Source of the DNA: Octopus vulgaris
Taxonomy: Eukaryota
NCBI GenBank assembly: GCA_951406725.2
Contig: OX597821.1
Location: forward strand, 105,462,001-105,526,000
Length of the DNA stretch: 64,000 nt
Direction: 5' to 3'
In this document: positions 28,720 to 44,100 of the stretch, piece after piece
How positions within the stretch are numbered: position 1 is the stretch's first letter
How the letters are laid out: each line of letters opens with the position of its first letter
Made by a program: the position numbers and the translations under genes
Notes under the pieces: model-generated
Told to the model about the DNA's origin: nothing
Databases searched by the model: none
What the model saw: the letters and a program-made list of their open reading frames with translations, nothing else

Positions 28720-31043
28720 CAGGGGTTACAAAATATTTTTCATAGTGGGCCAGATATAGCTAAAAAAAAAAAAATGCCAAGCGTGGGCCGGATAAATATT
28801 TTGTTCAGTTCAGTACTATACAGAATACACTGAATATACACCAAAAATACAGTCATCCTATTTATTTATTAATACATAAAATACACAAAATAATAAAAAC
28901 AATAAAGATATTTTTAATAATACCAAAATATTAGCAGGTTAGAATTTTTAGAAAAAGTGCGCACACAGCTGAATTGCATAAAAATCAGCACAAACGTTAA
29001 TGAGATTTGCAAAGCTGGCGTTTTGCTTCCCAGATATCATCAACATTTGCTTTATGATTGCTGCAGCCAACTATAAGAATTGCTTTCAAATGTTCATCCA
29101 TGAGCCTTGTTCGATGTATTGAATTCACACCATTTTTGATAAAGTTTGCTCAGAAACACAAGTTGTTCTAAAACCTGATATCATTCATCAGGCAAATGTT
29201 TTCAATTTTGTTAACTCATCAGCAGGCAAGTAGCAATAAAATGAGTTTTCTCTGTTCTTCTCTTTCAGCAAGGTATTAGCTTGCAAGTCAATAAACTCCA
29301 GTTGTAGTTCTGTTGGCATGTTATGAAGATTACAGCCAAAGGGATTATCAAACAAAATAATTTCATTCTCAATTCTGTCAAGATCTGAAAATCGTTGAGA
29401 AAAATGCTAATTTAAGTCCCGATTATCTTTTTTCTGAAACACGAGGTTAACATGCTCCACATTATTCTGTGCAAAACCCTTGAAAAGACTGAAAATGTGA
29501 CAAGATTCCTCCTTTAAGCTGTGCTTCAAACAATGTAGTTTTCTCCGAAATGCTGCAATAATTCTGTGGAGATCAAAAACAATATTATTCATTCCTTCCA
29601 GTTTTAAATTCAATTCATGTATATGAGAAATGACAACAACTAAAAATGACCTGTCAGCTGTGGATAAGTTATATTATTTTCGGTGAGAAAAAAGATCTAT
29701 TTCTCTTCAGAGCTTATAAAGACGAAACAGGATTTTACCTCAACTGAGCTATCTCACTTCTGTGTAGTAAAGCAAGTTACAGAAATCAGAATCCATTTCT
29801 TCAAGGAAAGCCTGGAACTGTCGGTGATTAAGCCCATGATTCCGAATAAAGTTCACCACAGTTGTAACCGATTTTAGTACGCGAGATATATCTAGGTATT
29901 TTCCACAGAGTGTTTGCTGATGTATAATGCAGTGTATAAGCTGAGCTTTCGGAAGTTGAAGCTCCTGTAACTTGTTCAGGATCCGCCCGACCAAACCCTT
30001 CCTCACACCTGCCATATTTTTTCCCCGTCGACTGTAACACACCGAAGCTGATTGCACTGAAGTTCATAGTTTTGCAAAGTTCTCTGCACCTCTATGAAAA
30101 TATTTTCTCCAGATGTTGTTCCATGTATACTGCAAACGGATGTCATTTCTTCTATAATCTCAAAGTTGCAATTAAGACCACGAATGAAAACAAAAAGTTA
30201 TGACGTACTAGAGAGTTCCGTAGACTCATCCATCGCAAGAGAATGAATACCACAAAAACTTCTTAGCTTTCTCATATATATGTAACTGTATATTCTGTGC
30301 AAGTTCTATTCTCCGCACAACTCATCTTGCTGAAAGGTTGATTCAGCCAAGCATGTTAGCTTTTTCAGGGCACAAGTCATTTGCTGTTTCCGCCATGTAC
30401 TGTTTTAAAAAGTTTCCGTCAGTAAATGGTTTTCCTCGCTCTGTTAATTTATTCACTATTTTGTAACTTACACGGGTGATAGATTCATTTTCAACAAACT
30501 TTCGTAACGAAATTCCTTTGAGATTCAAAACTACGTTTCATTGATTCAAATTTCTCGGACTTCAACTTTCCAGAATATTTAGAATGTGTTGACAGATGTT
30601 TTGCTTCGAAGTGACGACCAATATTAAAGTCTTTTATAACAGCAGCACTTTTGTTGCATATCAGGCACCTAGATTTCTGGTCGTTTGTTTCCACAAAGAA
30701 ATGTTTTTCTCTCCATTCTATATTGAAAATCATCAACCTTTCTCTTCTTAGTAGCCATAAAGATGGGTGAAGAAAATAACAAAAGAAGTCTTAAGTCTCG
30801 GCGTCAGATATTCTCATTTTAACTGTAATCACAAATAACTGACCAGCCCGAGGCACACGTGATGTACTGTATTTCGTGTGAAATATATAGTGACTGACAC
30901 AATATATGTATGACATGCGTAATCTAAAAAGTGTAAGAAGCAGTATAAAAGAATGTTTATTTTTTTCAGCATACGAAGGCAGGCCGGACAAATTGACGTC
31001 ATGGGCCGGATCCGGCCCGTGAATCGTAGTTTGGTGACCCATC
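28720..31043 (-). mobile_element. Decayed hAT transposon (Buster/SPIN/GTF2IRD2-like)
   Basis: Degenerate TIRs CAGGGGTTACAAAA / TTTGGTGACCCATC (10/14 match) and a candidate 8-bp TSD GTGTACAT / GAGTATAT with central TA; encloses a transposase pseudogene. Confidence 0.88.
28997..30758 (-). pseudogene. hAT transposase pseudogene
   Basis: MATKKRKVD start; BED finger FNIEW..CLIC..FNIGRHFEAKH; KPFTDGNFLK; LAMDESTE; IHCIIHQQTLC; NFIRNHGLNHRQFQAFL; C-terminus HRTRLMDEHLKAIL. Multiple stops and frameshifts. Confidence 0.92.
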
Positions 31044-31130
31044 GAGTATATGGAAGTTTTAATTACGGCAAATATTGAAGTTAAACTATAAAATGATTGG
31101 AAATAAATTTGTTTACCTTCAGACTGCAAT

Positions 31131-31198
31131 TTTCTTCTTCTTCTTCTTCTTCTTCTTCTTCTTCTTCTTCTTCTTCTTCTTCTTCTTCTTCTTCTTCT

Positions 31199-31233
<35 letters not shown>

Positions 31234-31512
31234 TTATTCTTCTTCTTCTTCTTCTTCTTCTGCTTCTCTACTTCTTCATTTCCTCCCCCTCCTCCTCCTC
31301 CTCCTTCTTCTTCTTCTTCCTCTCTATTTCTTCATTTCCTCCTCCTCCTCCTCCTTCTTCGTCTTCTTCTCCTTCTTCTTCTCTACTTCTTCATTTCCTT
31401 CTCCTCCTACTCTTCCTCCCCTTCTTCTTCTTCTTCTTCTTCTTCTTCTCTACTTCTTCATTTCATCCTCCTCCTCCTCCTCCTCCTTCTTCTTCTTCTT
31501 CTTCTTCTTCTT
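31131..31512. repeat. (TTC)n/(CTC)n polypyrimidine microsatellite
   Basis: Direct reading. Confidence 0.97.
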
Positions 31513-31984
31513 TTATTCTTCTTGTCTTCCTTTTTTATAACCCCCCATCTCCTTATCTGTCTATATTGAAATACATACATATGCGTTTGTGTGTGTGTGT
31601 GTGTGTGTGTATCTGTGTGTGCGTGTGTGCATACTCACATAAACATATAATCTCACGTAATCTCAAAGACACAGATATATAATATCATATTATTTCATAT
31701 TACAGTATACATCTTTACGTATTCGCGTACGTAAGCGTACATTTATTCACACACAGTATAATGTCTTGTAGAAAGAAGCACTCGTTGATAATAATGTATA
31801 TCACAAACAGCGATAGAATTTAGATATTAACGAGACCTTCGACCTTGTATTTTTAAACAGTTCCATGTAGGATTAATGTGAATACGAAAATCTGTATGCT
31901 ACGTTAAATAAACACAGGCCGTATTTCCTTTTTCAATTGTACGGTCAGTGAACGCGTGATTTGTTACGCAGTATATATTCATAC

Positions 31985-32069
<85 letters not shown>

Positions 32070-32075
32070 AATATG

Positions 32076-32217
<142 letters not shown>

Positions 32218-32647
32218 TTTCTTACTTCCTTTCGAACAACACTTCTATGTTCTGTCCGGGCAAATTCTAGTTGTTATTTCACCATGCAATACGCATGATC
32301 AATATCCTAGAGAATGATGAAATATTGTTATCTAAGTCAGCCTTAGTGTTTATAAATATTCACAACACATATACGTGTCTTATTGATAGAGTTACGTATT
32401 TTATAGCTTTGTTATTTTGACAACGCATCCAAGTAAACCCCTTTTTTTTCTGTGCGTGTGATTATTGATACACTTCATGGCGAATGCAGAAAACATCCTT
32501 ACACTAAAACATACTCTATTTTTAAGAATACAATATGCTTCTTCTCATATTGGTTATACAAACACATATACACATATATACACACACACACACACAAATA
32601 TATATATATATATACGTATATGTATATTTACATACATACACATATAA

Positions 32648-32708
<61 letters not shown>

Positions 32709-32739
32709 TGTATATTCACATACATACACATATAAATGC

Positions 32740-32782
<43 letters not shown>

Positions 32783-32798
32783 AATATGTATATAATTG

Positions 32799-32843
<45 letters not shown>

Positions 32844-33230
32844 GGCGCAGGAGTGGCTGCATGGTAAGTAGCTTGCTTACCAACCACATGGTCCCGGGTT
32901 CAGTCCAACTGCGTGGCACATTGGGAAAGTCTCTTCCTCTATAGCCTCGGGCCGACTAAATGCTTGTGAGTGGCTTTGGTCGAAGGAAACTGGAAGAAGC
33001 CCGTCGTATATGTATATGTATATGTATTTGTATATATGTGTGGGTGTTTGTCCCCCCTCCCCCCAACATTCCTTGAGAACCGATCCTGGTGTGATTACGT
33101 CCCCGTAAATCAGCGGTTCGACAAAATAACCATAGAAAATGTACTAGGCATATAAATTTGCTCGAATATAAAGGCGGTGCTCCAGCATGGCCGCAGTCAA
33201 ATGACTGAAACAAGTAAAGAGTGTAAAGAG
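32844..33230 (+). mobile_element. SINE family A
   Basis: Head and tail as at 14563. Confidence 0.88.
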
Positions 33231-33254
33231 TATAGATATATACACACACACACA

Positions 33255-33305
<51 letters not shown>

Positions 33306-33545
33306 ACAAAAGATGTTTATACGTACTCTTCAATTACAAATGGATAGGACAAAATTCATATAAAAATATGAACTAAAATCATGTGGAGAAAAAAGCAAAT
33401 AAGTTAGTTATTCTGCTTTCATTACTTCATACATTCCGATTAATATACATTAATGCATCCACGCACTCAAGCGCGCACGTTTGCACACAGACACTCAAAC
33501 ACAAGAAATGTTTATATATATATATATATATATACATACATACAT

Positions 33546-33576
<31 letters not shown>

Positions 33577-33924
33577 AACATACATATATAAACGTATGTT
33601 TATTACCACAAGTATCCGATTCTAATAAAAGAAAAGGCTAGCGTTTCCTAAACTAATATATCTGATCCAATATACACACCCAGATCTTGTGTGTCCACAT
33701 TCTTCATTTTGGATGCTTGCATCTGCTGTTATTTGCGTTTGTTATTTCCAGCACTGTTCTTAGTTATTTTATGGCCAGAACACTGGCGATTGATTTATGT
33801 TTAAGTACAGGCTCACTCAATTTCCTCAACGTTCTGAATATGAACGACCATAAAATATATCAACGCATACAACATCTACAACTACTACTACACCTGCTGC
33901 TACGAGTGCTGTTGTTGCTGCTGT

Positions 33925-33925
33925 G

Positions 33926-34006
<81 letters not shown>

Positions 34007-34024
34007 ACTACTACTACTACTACC

Positions 34025-34060
<36 letters not shown>

Positions 34061-34087
34061 TTACTACTACTACTACTACTTTTACTG

Positions 34088-34124
<37 letters not shown>

Positions 34125-34125
34125 A
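33925..34125. repeat. (CTA)n/(CTG)n/(CCA)n compound microsatellite
   Basis: Direct reading. Confidence 0.97.
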
Positions 34126-34140
34126 ACAACAAATAATAAT

Positions 34141-34484
34141 ATTTTCTACTCTCGGCACATCCCGAAAGGATGAAAGGCAAAGTCGACCGCGGCGGAATTT
34201 GATCTCACAACATAGCGGCAGACGAAATGCCGCTAAGCATTTCATCCGGTGTGCTAACGTTTCTACCAGCTCGCCGTTTCTACCAGCTACAAGGGCAGCC
34301 ATTGAGGATGAGGGGATGCATCGATTACATCGCCCACAGTTTTTCACTGGTATTTGATCTATCGCACCCGGAAAGATGAAAGGCAACATCGACCACGGCT
34401 GAATATGATTACAAATCGTAGCGACGGTCAAAATTCCGGTAAGCGTGTATCCAGGCGGGCGAATGAGTTTGCCATCTCACCGCC

Positions 34485-34485
<1 letters not shown>
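34141..34485 (-). mobile_element. Two SINE family C copies
   Basis: Reverse complement reads GGCGAGCTGGTAGAAACGTTAGCACACCGG..AAATTCCGCCGCGGTCGACTTTGCCTTTCATCC. Confidence 0.8.
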
Positions 34486-34486
<1 letters not shown>

Positions 34487-34540
<54 letters not shown>

Positions 34541-34679
34541 TAGAATACTAATTAGAAGAAGAGAAGAAGAAGAAGAAGAAGAAGAAGAAGAAGAAGAAGA
34601 AGAAGAAGAAGAAGAAGAAGAAGAAGAAGAAGAAGAAGAAGAAGAAGAAGAAGAAGAAGAAGAAGAAGAAGAAGAAGAA
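34487..34679. repeat. (AAT)n followed by (GAA)n microsatellites
   Basis: Direct reading. Confidence 0.97.
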
Positions 34680-35889
34680 TCTGTTTGTGGATGACCTGAA
34701 ATCGCTTGGGAAATCTGGAACATAGATTCCTTAAGCAAAACAGTCCAGAAGTGCGGTAGGGACATCGGTATGGAATTTGGGATTACCAAAATCTCAGTCC
34801 CAAGTTAGTTGTTCTAGTAACAGTACAGATAGACGCGACGAGTGGGAGTGATACTGAACGTATTTAAGCGGGCGCATGTGTGTGTAAACGTATTTACATA
34901 TACACACACATATATTTGCACGGATACATATCCACGTACATACATCTAAATATATTAGTTTTAGCATTCAATTTAATGATTTGAAAGAATTCTTTTATAA
35001 TATCAAGAAAACGATTGAAGAGCAAAATAAAATCAGACGCACTTAGTATAAGAGAAAGTGATTGGAATGCAAAATTGGATGAAACACTGCTCTTATTCTT
35101 CTACTCAGAAACAATGTATTGGTAAGTATGTCTTGGAGTAATCTAGCATGAAAGAGTAAGATTATTAGAATTTGCAAAACAATTAGAAATAATTATAGCA
35201 AGTACAATACATCAGCAGATTCTGACAAGAATAATAACACGACGTTCATTCGTAGCGTTATAATACCAGGATTGTGTTTATTGACATACGAATATTTGTA
35301 ACCCGTTTCTCTTTTTTTTTATGTAGTGACACACGGATCATTAAATGGGTACAATCGATTGTTATATACTGCCAAATAGTGTTACACAAAAACGTGTCAA
35401 AACAACCGTGTGGTTTGCTTAATTAGCCATCTACATGAAGTTTTACTATACGATTTACGTGCTCGAATGAAACGAACACTAAATTTATATTTTGTGAAAC
35501 AGAGGTTGAAGAAAGAAGCATGAAAGAAACATTATTAATCAGCGTCTGAGCTGTTACTCTAACAGAGGGAAATAATTGAAACATTATTCTCACATATTCT
35601 CTTTCTTCGTTATCTTCAAAAACATGGTTTCCGACAGAGTAGGAGAGGAACAAGTAGAATTATGACAAAATATAGCATCATTATGCCCAAAAGAAACGTT
35701 TAAAAGTATGAGGTATAACAGAAACTTAAAAGCACTCATTCTGTTTTCGATAGAAAAATGATCACCAACATACTTAAGGGAACAATATGAAAATTATAGA
35801 GACCTATTCTACATGAAACCGTTGTTTCCGATGTTACTCCACAATGAGACACTATCTAAATATATGTAGACATTTACATTATATTACTG

Positions 35890-36095
35890 GCACCCTGTCC
35901 GTTACGACGACTTTGGATCAAGTTGGTTCGATGAACTGAACAGTTTGATCGTGAAATTCAAGTGCAAGTGCATGAGCACTGCATAGACACGTGTACACTT
36001 CACATGGTTCTCAGGAAAACTGAGTGTGGCACGGAGTGTAACAAGGTTTTTCTTTTAAAATACGAGCATTACTCATTTTTGCTAGCTGAGTGGTC
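35890..36095 (-). mobile_element. SINE family B 3' part (degenerate)
   Basis: Reverse complement matches 46320-46490 (ACACGTGTCT..GTCGTCGTAAC). Confidence 0.65.
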
Positions 36096-36824
36096 TCGCT
36101 GGGCAAAGAAAAATTAAGGTGGCAAACGCTGGAGGGAGGAACAAGCTTGTTCCTACAGCGTTCGCAACCTCACCTCCCTATGGCTTAGCAGCCCCTGTTG
36201 TTTGTTTTCACCGTCCTGTTTTTGTTACCAACATTGACACTCCGCTAATCCCATTTTTGATTTTGATTTTGCAGGAGCAACTGTTTTCTCTAAGACACAT
36301 CTTGTCGTAATTACTCGAAATGTAGAGTAGGTGAAACAGCCGACAACTGATGAATGATCATTCTTTATGTTACTTGTCTTCTTTGCCATTTGTTTCTTTC
36401 GTTCTTCTAATAAATGTCCGTATTCCATATTTTCGTTATTCGCATTTCATGTTGTTTACGTTTTATGATGTCCTGTACCCATATATGTAATATTATATAC
36501 ATATATATGTAAGTATGTATATATATGTATTCATATGCACATACACACACACATATATGCACATACACACACACATATATAAATATGTGTATATATATAT
36601 ATATATATTGTTGTAATTACAAATGATCATTTTGTTAGTTTAGCCAGTAAAAACACACGCACTATATATTTGGTGTTACTTTGCTACAGCGTTATTTATT
36701 TTTGACATTAATCTTAATACTATTTCGGTCAGAGTTCTTTTGTCACACTCCTAGCAAAATGACCATTCCTAAATACAACGATATATGTTTCAACACACAA
36801 TTTCACATAAAAAAAATCTTGCAA

Positions 36825-36932
<108 letters not shown>

Positions 36933-37031
36933 CATAGAGAGAGAAAGCGAGGGAGAGATGTGTGTGTCTGAATGAATGTCTGTGTTGTTCACAAATTTTA
37001 ACAATCTCATTAGTTTTTGTTTCCACAACAC

Positions 37032-37032
<1 letters not shown>

Positions 37033-37128
<96 letters not shown>
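37033..37128. repeat. (AAT)n microsatellite
   Basis: Direct reading. Confidence 0.97.
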
Positions 37129-37130
<2 letters not shown>

Positions 37131-38061
37131 CAATGGAATTTTTCTACTTGCAATGTTTACCACGGAATCATCGTATAAATATGTATGAAAGCTATGGTAC
37201 GTAATTACATTCGTATACCATATACTAGATCATGTTCGCAGAGTAGGAAACCGACGTGCTCACAAATTATTTTCTTCAACGATATTATGTTGATTTATAA
37301 TAGTTTCATGACAGAATATCGCTACAAAAACTAGCCTTATGCACGAATATGACAATCAGTGCATATGCTATATACATGTGTGAGGGTTTGTGTATGTGTG
37401 TATATATTATATACACGCACACATGTCTGTGTGTGTGAATACATATTTATACACACTCAGATACAAGAATATAGGTATGCGTATTTACGAGTATATCACA
37501 CACATATTTATATATATTTATATTACGTGCAAATTCATAAAGTTTTTTACTGCTTCTAGACATATTATATGTATGTAGTATCAATAATGACATATTTCCA
37601 ACTGAGTACGTTTGCATATGTACGGTATCATTCGCTTACAATTTTTGTTTAATTCGCATAAATTTCTTTTTACTTCACTTGTGTGATCTCCAAATGTAGG
37701 ACTTGCCATACTTGACATCATTTTTTGCAGCCTCACAGCTCATAATCATTTCTCTTAATGTACAGCCCACTGAAAAGGCTTCTTACAGCTTTTTTGTTAA
37801 TTCATGACGCTTTTTTTCGAAAGATAATGTTTAATAAATATGAACACTTTCGCTAAAGCACCTTCATACACACGCAGACATATTCACATGCAAAGACATG
37901 TATATGTATGTTCATTTTTCCCGATGCGTGGATGTGTGAGAGTATTTTTCTGTATATATGTGTTTGTATGCATATAAATAACAATATAATCATATGTACT
38001 ATTAGAAATAAATGTCTAGATGTCTATAGAGATATAAGTATGTACACTCTCCATGTAGCTA

Positions 38062-38137
<76 letters not shown>

Positions 38138-41100
38138 TGTGTGTGTGCGCGTGTGTGTGTATACATCCATACATAAAAGAACATACAAACATACGTGTAT
38201 GTATATTACGCGTACAGGAATATAACTTAGTAATGTATTTTTGCCGTTTAATATTTGAGTTCAAATCTCGAAGCCGTCAATTTTACTTTCCTCCTTGCTT
38301 GACGATAGAATCATCGACCACTTAATACATCTAACTCGCTGTTACAAGTTGTGCCTTCCTTATTGGTAGCGCTATTATCATTTTATCCTTTAGGTTCTTC
38401 TTTGGTTTCTGATGTGTCTCTTATGTTGTTGTTTCTCTTTTCTACTGCCGAGTGTTTTTTACCCTTTCTATTGTGATCTCACAAATCTCCACTCAGTCAC
38501 TTTAAACATACCCTTCTCTACCTTGTTAACAACCGTCTTATTTTAGGTCCACTTTCTAAGTATCACATCATCACTAACCTGTTTCCTTCGCTGGTCCACT
38601 TCCTCCTCCGAACCGTAATATCTACTGTTTCTGTATTAGGATGACAGTTGTGGTCGGTTTACATCTTTACTGAACCACTACCGAGCGAGCGGCCTTTATT
38701 TAAATGTGGAGCTTCATTTTCACTGTTACAACCAGAGTTTTTGGAAATTCCTATCTCATATAAACTTAGATAAGGTTACGTTCGTCACCAACATCATCAA
38801 CATTATTATTTTTCGACATCTGATACTCTCAAGCAACATTCTGTTGCATCATTTATTGCACATTTTGTGCTGGTCGTGTGTGTGGTAGAATTTGTTGGGG
38901 GAAGGGTGAATATTGCATTGTATAAATATGTTTTGTTATGGGGTTTCGTTTGAATGTTTTGATGTATTAGTTTTCTATTGTTTATTGTTTTTGCAAGCAG
39001 GTTGTGTTCTTCTGTTCTGTTGCAATTTGATAACATTCAGTTTCAATAGACTTTAGCGCCTTAATAAATGATATAAAGATAGCTAAATAATTGATTAGTA
39101 TCAATCATGTTTAGGTGTCAAAATTGTAGAGAGTAAGCACATTTTTTCAGTGTATCATACTTAAATGTATCATGACTTCTTACTTACGTCTATAACATAC
39201 GCATAATATAGATTTCCTCGTCTAAATTAACGAAAATATAATCCCTCCAAAATTTGATCTTCATATGCGGATGCATATAATGTTGGCATATCAGTGTGTA
39301 ATTTAATTGTTTTTGCTACAAATTCTCTGCATGCTCATTTGTCTTGAAATGTAAAATAAAAGAGATACAACACGAGGTCTGTGCTGTTGAAGACATGTCA
39401 TTAATAGTTACTTGTTCAAATCTACATTGTTGATATGATCTTCGAATCTCAAATATTTAAACATGTCCCGAAGCTTAGTACATATTTTTTTTTTACCTAA
39501 ACACTGAAAGCCAGTCATATTATGATATGATTACCTGCCATGATTGAAAGCATCATAAAACAGCGTCATGATTATATTAAAAGTGTACTACATTTATTAG
39601 ACATATTTGTTTTGTAATAGATTATATGTTTTTTTAGAAAAAAGTTTTCCTAGTTTCAAGCTTATAATAATAACAGTTCTATGACAATGGAGTTGAAAGT
39701 CGGGCAATGATATTTTCCGGTTTAATTGGAGTCCTGGGTTTTCCATTAGTAAAATCATGTAATATAAAAATTACACAAACAGTTGCATAAATTTTTTGGA
39801 CTTCACATTATTTTGAAACTTGATTAAATAGAATGACAAAACACATTTGATAGTCTCCGTTTTCAATCAAAACATCAACTACTGGCGTGCAGTCCTAATT
39901 TGTAGCTTTTATAATAAAGAAGGAAATATTTTGGAAAGAAAAACATCTTGTAAAATTATTGAGAAGCATTATGTTTATTAGAATATGTGTTTCCGGTTTA
40001 AAAGTCTAACTCTAGCATTTTAATTCTTAAAATGAAACGACTAAATTACGTTATTTTCTATAACCAAAACCTGTTAGAATCTATTATTGTCTTCGATACG
40101 CTCCTTAATCTCAGTCTTCAGACGGCTTCTGGTAATTGTAGAAACGAATGAAATGCAAGGTTTTGCAGGGAGTGCAAATTAACCTGTATATATATCGGCT
40201 GATCTCGTGATTTATGTAGAAAGAAAATAGCTTACCTGCCAACCCAATGATTTTCAATGATGCCGATAATGAGTAACGTAGAGAGAAGGAGATGCCCTGA
40301 TTACAGAACATGATTAGAATGCATTTCATCATAGATCTCTTTGCTCAGAAATGAGCTAAGACTAAATAATACCAACAGAGTATACCCTACGTTGAATTCG
40401 TTGAATGTTATTGTCCAACAGCAATTTAGAACTGCACAGTAGGGAAACGAACGTCTTTAGAATTCGTATAGTTTCCCTCTTATTAAGATAATGCAACGAA
40501 GCAGCAGTAATCTATTACGCTGCTTTCCGTTCCTATGCCTTAAAATTTAGTCAAAAATACCTGCAATTTTCTAAAATAGTTTCAGAGTTTTGAACAATAT
40601 ATTTATTGCTATATATATTTCTTGCAGAAATGCACGTAATTATATTTCAATCTCAGAGATAAGTAGTTGCCTGAACTAGGATTCCCTATCTTTACAACCA
40701 TTCAACATAACAGTAATTTTTCTGCGTCTTTGAGATATAGACCAAGTAGGAAATATTCATTGAATGAAATAATTTTCTGTATAGAAATATCTTTTCAAAT
40801 AACTGGTTTCTTTTTACTCTTTGCAACATTTCTTTTATGCATAGCCATTCAAAACTATTTAAACTTAAACGGAATGAATTATTCTCTCTCACAAATACAT
40901 ACTCAAAACACAGCACAACCTTTACAAGCATACATTGTGTTCCTTTATAAGTTTTAACTTTCATTTTCCTTGTCACCCATCATTCGCCTACTATATAATT
41001 TCCTGAAAGTATGTATTTATATTTCTACATTTGAAGGAATCCTTCAGTTTGGAAGTATATACTTATGTGTACCCATCCATAGATTCTGTATGCAATTCTC

Positions 41101-44100
41101 TATCAAAAATAGAAAAGTGCTTTGATTATATTTACAACGTCATTTATATGAAATCGCATGATATAATAAAAAAATATGAGACATCACTGGTGGCTTTCGG
41201 AGATCTTTCTAAATTAGTGATATAGAATTATTTCTAGATCAGATACTGCGTCTGTAATTCGATACATGGTTGAAAATATTGTGGAGAGCGTATTGGAAAA
41301 GGGTATGATGAAGATACTAAACGTAGATACTGTCAGATAACCCTGGACGAGTGTGAAACAAAGTTTGTTAAACATTTTTGTTATGAGCAGGATGAACTGT
41401 TTAATTGGCATGAAACAGATGTAAATAGGAAATAATGATTACGCAGCTGACTACAAGTTATTTGAGAGGGATATGCTGAAAATGAACGGTATAACATTTC
41501 CATAGAAAGGTCTATCTATCTTGCATTGTCACCATTAGCTGTATTGTTTTCCAAGAAATCTCTTGAGTTGAAAATAATTTATCTCCTTTGTATGATGAGT
41601 TATCGAATAGAAATCTCAAAGTCCTGAACGACACGCTCTCTAATGTGACGAAACAAGTATATAAAAGATGAGCCGAGGAACGAAAATTAATATAAAATTG
41701 GGGAATTTATGTGTATTATAACCACACACATTATTTTAGAAGTGACACAATGGACCAATGACTGGAGCTGTCACAGGAAGCCAATATGCGTTGCTATAAT
41801 AAGACTTGTCTCATATTTCAGACTTTGTTGTAAACATAATTTAACAGTCATAATTTATGTGTGATAAATTTTGCATATATTGTTCCCTTGTAAACTGATA
41901 ATCAGATGTTTTAATTCCGTTGTTTGCACTGAGTATGAAATGAATATATATATAAACTGGTCTAACATCTGGCTCTGGTTGCCTTGTATGATTTATATCT
42001 TCTCAATCAGTCAACAACAAATTATCAAAAATTTTCGAGTGTTGCGTATTCCGATGAGAATGCTTAACACATGTTGAATCTAGCATGAACTATCCGACCT
42101 ATTGAAATGAAGACAGAAGAACAAGCTACTGTAATACTGAACACTGAAGAAAGCGATTTTAGCATCCTACCTGAGCTCTTTCGGTGTTTCTTGGTTTAAA
42201 TAATTTCTTCCATACATACACATTTGGTAATAATATATACCACATGCTCACAAAATAAGATTGTGTGATGGGATTAACTTTGTCTTGATTTAGCCGATGT
42301 GAGATGAACACTTGCTACAATGGATGTCGTGTGTACGGTCCTGTATCTAGTTCAGGTGTATCTAGGATAAATGTTTCAGTAATAGACTAAAATTAAGAAA
42401 ACTACAGCTGATGCTGGCTATGCAAGGTAGATGGCTATCTGGTGTACATAGCAGATGACTGGTGATCGAATAAATACAGAATAAAAATACTAAATTTCAT
42501 TTGCTAAATGATAATTTCAAACGTGTGTGAACTAGAATTTAAAAAAAAGGAAACGACTTGTATGACTGTTGATTACTGGATGCATTTCGTGTGTAGTGGA
42601 AACATCAATCGTGTGATAAGAAAGAAGATAAAAAAAATTCTGGTACCCATAGAAGTGATACGTGATTCTACCATATATATTAAGGTTACATTCTTGAACC
42701 TCTAAGTAATATTTACTATCTATGTCGTACATGGCAGTAGTATATGTCTTTATATATTTTGGACAACACCGCTTGGTCGTCACTAGCAATCCCAAAGAAA
42801 TATTAACAAGTTAATACAAAGAAGTGTCTCTAGAAACAGTGCTATTCAAACTGAGCGTTGTCTGATGGATGCAATCATGGGGAGCGTATTCAAGTATGGT
42901 TAAAAACAAGATGATATTTTGATGTATCTACACTACAAAGAAAACGAAACACGGATGTGGTAAAATCATTACTATTGAAATAATTTTGGCCCTGTGGCCA
43001 ATAAAAGAAAAGATTATATTATGTCACCATAACTACAATGGGCCGCTTATGCAAATAATAATATAATGGTGTCGACCGTCTCGAAAGGTTAATTATATTT
43101 TGGTGATCAATATCTTTAGATCATTGCTATGTATGCTGTTGTAATTGTTGCTACTCACCTCCAGCGCTTCACTGCGTAAAAAATAGTTGACAGACTTACA
43201 GGGTTCTTATGTATTTAGAGAATGATTCTTAAGAGTTCAGAAAATAATAACCGAGGCGATTATGATTATGATTGTAATGCCACTAATTACTGTGAGTGCG
43301 CCTTAAAAAATGATGAGTATGATAATAATGTTGATCTTCATTTTATTAGTTGGTATTAATTCTGATGATGTTTAGCTCTAGTTCGCATATTTAATAGGGT
43401 AACCTCTGACTATGTATTGATCATCTCATCAATTACCTGATGGTGTGTAATTAAGCACACTTTACGAGAAGGGGCATCATTTAATTTTGGGCTGTATGAT
43501 ATGATATGAGTAATATTTGTCTGATATTTCTAACACGTCAAGTGCGCGGACAGGTAAATGATCAAACGATTGTGGGTCCATGCCTGTGTTAGGTTTTTGT
43601 GAACGTTGCTGCTGGAGACGTACCAAAAGAAGGGATTTCGGAATGTTAAATATGACAGTAAAAGTGATCATCATGGTTTTAGTCACAATAAAGATGAAGA
43701 TAATGATGATGTGAAGAAGAACAAGGTTGAATATATGGATGATAAAGATTAGGTAGATGGCGATGATGATGATGATGATAATGTTAAAGAGGATAATTAT
43801 CATGACTAATATAATCAATAAACTGATTATAATAATGATCACGGAAATTATTCAAAGTTTCCTCCTCACATCTTTTGAAATACTTTTCGGTTGTATTGAC
43901 TGTTTATAGACTTCGATAATTGGCCTGTTAACATTAACGTTTATAATAACATTGTTGACAATTACGTGTTTGGTGATGACAGCAATGTTTACCATAATGC
44001 CTATAATGAAGGTAATATTTATGTGTATTTTGACAATAATTAAAAATATTTATTATAATGGTTCTTCTTTTAAGTCTACATTAAATACATTAAAAACAAA

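Noticed and set aside
36295-36365. ttgtcg..cgacaa CTGATGA as a type III hammerhead
   Set aside because: No GAAA or stem III follows the putative stem II.
40235-40295. Possible 61-nt minus-strand exon (CAG...CAG/GTAAG)
   Set aside because: Weak acceptor, no recognisable peptide and no partner exons.
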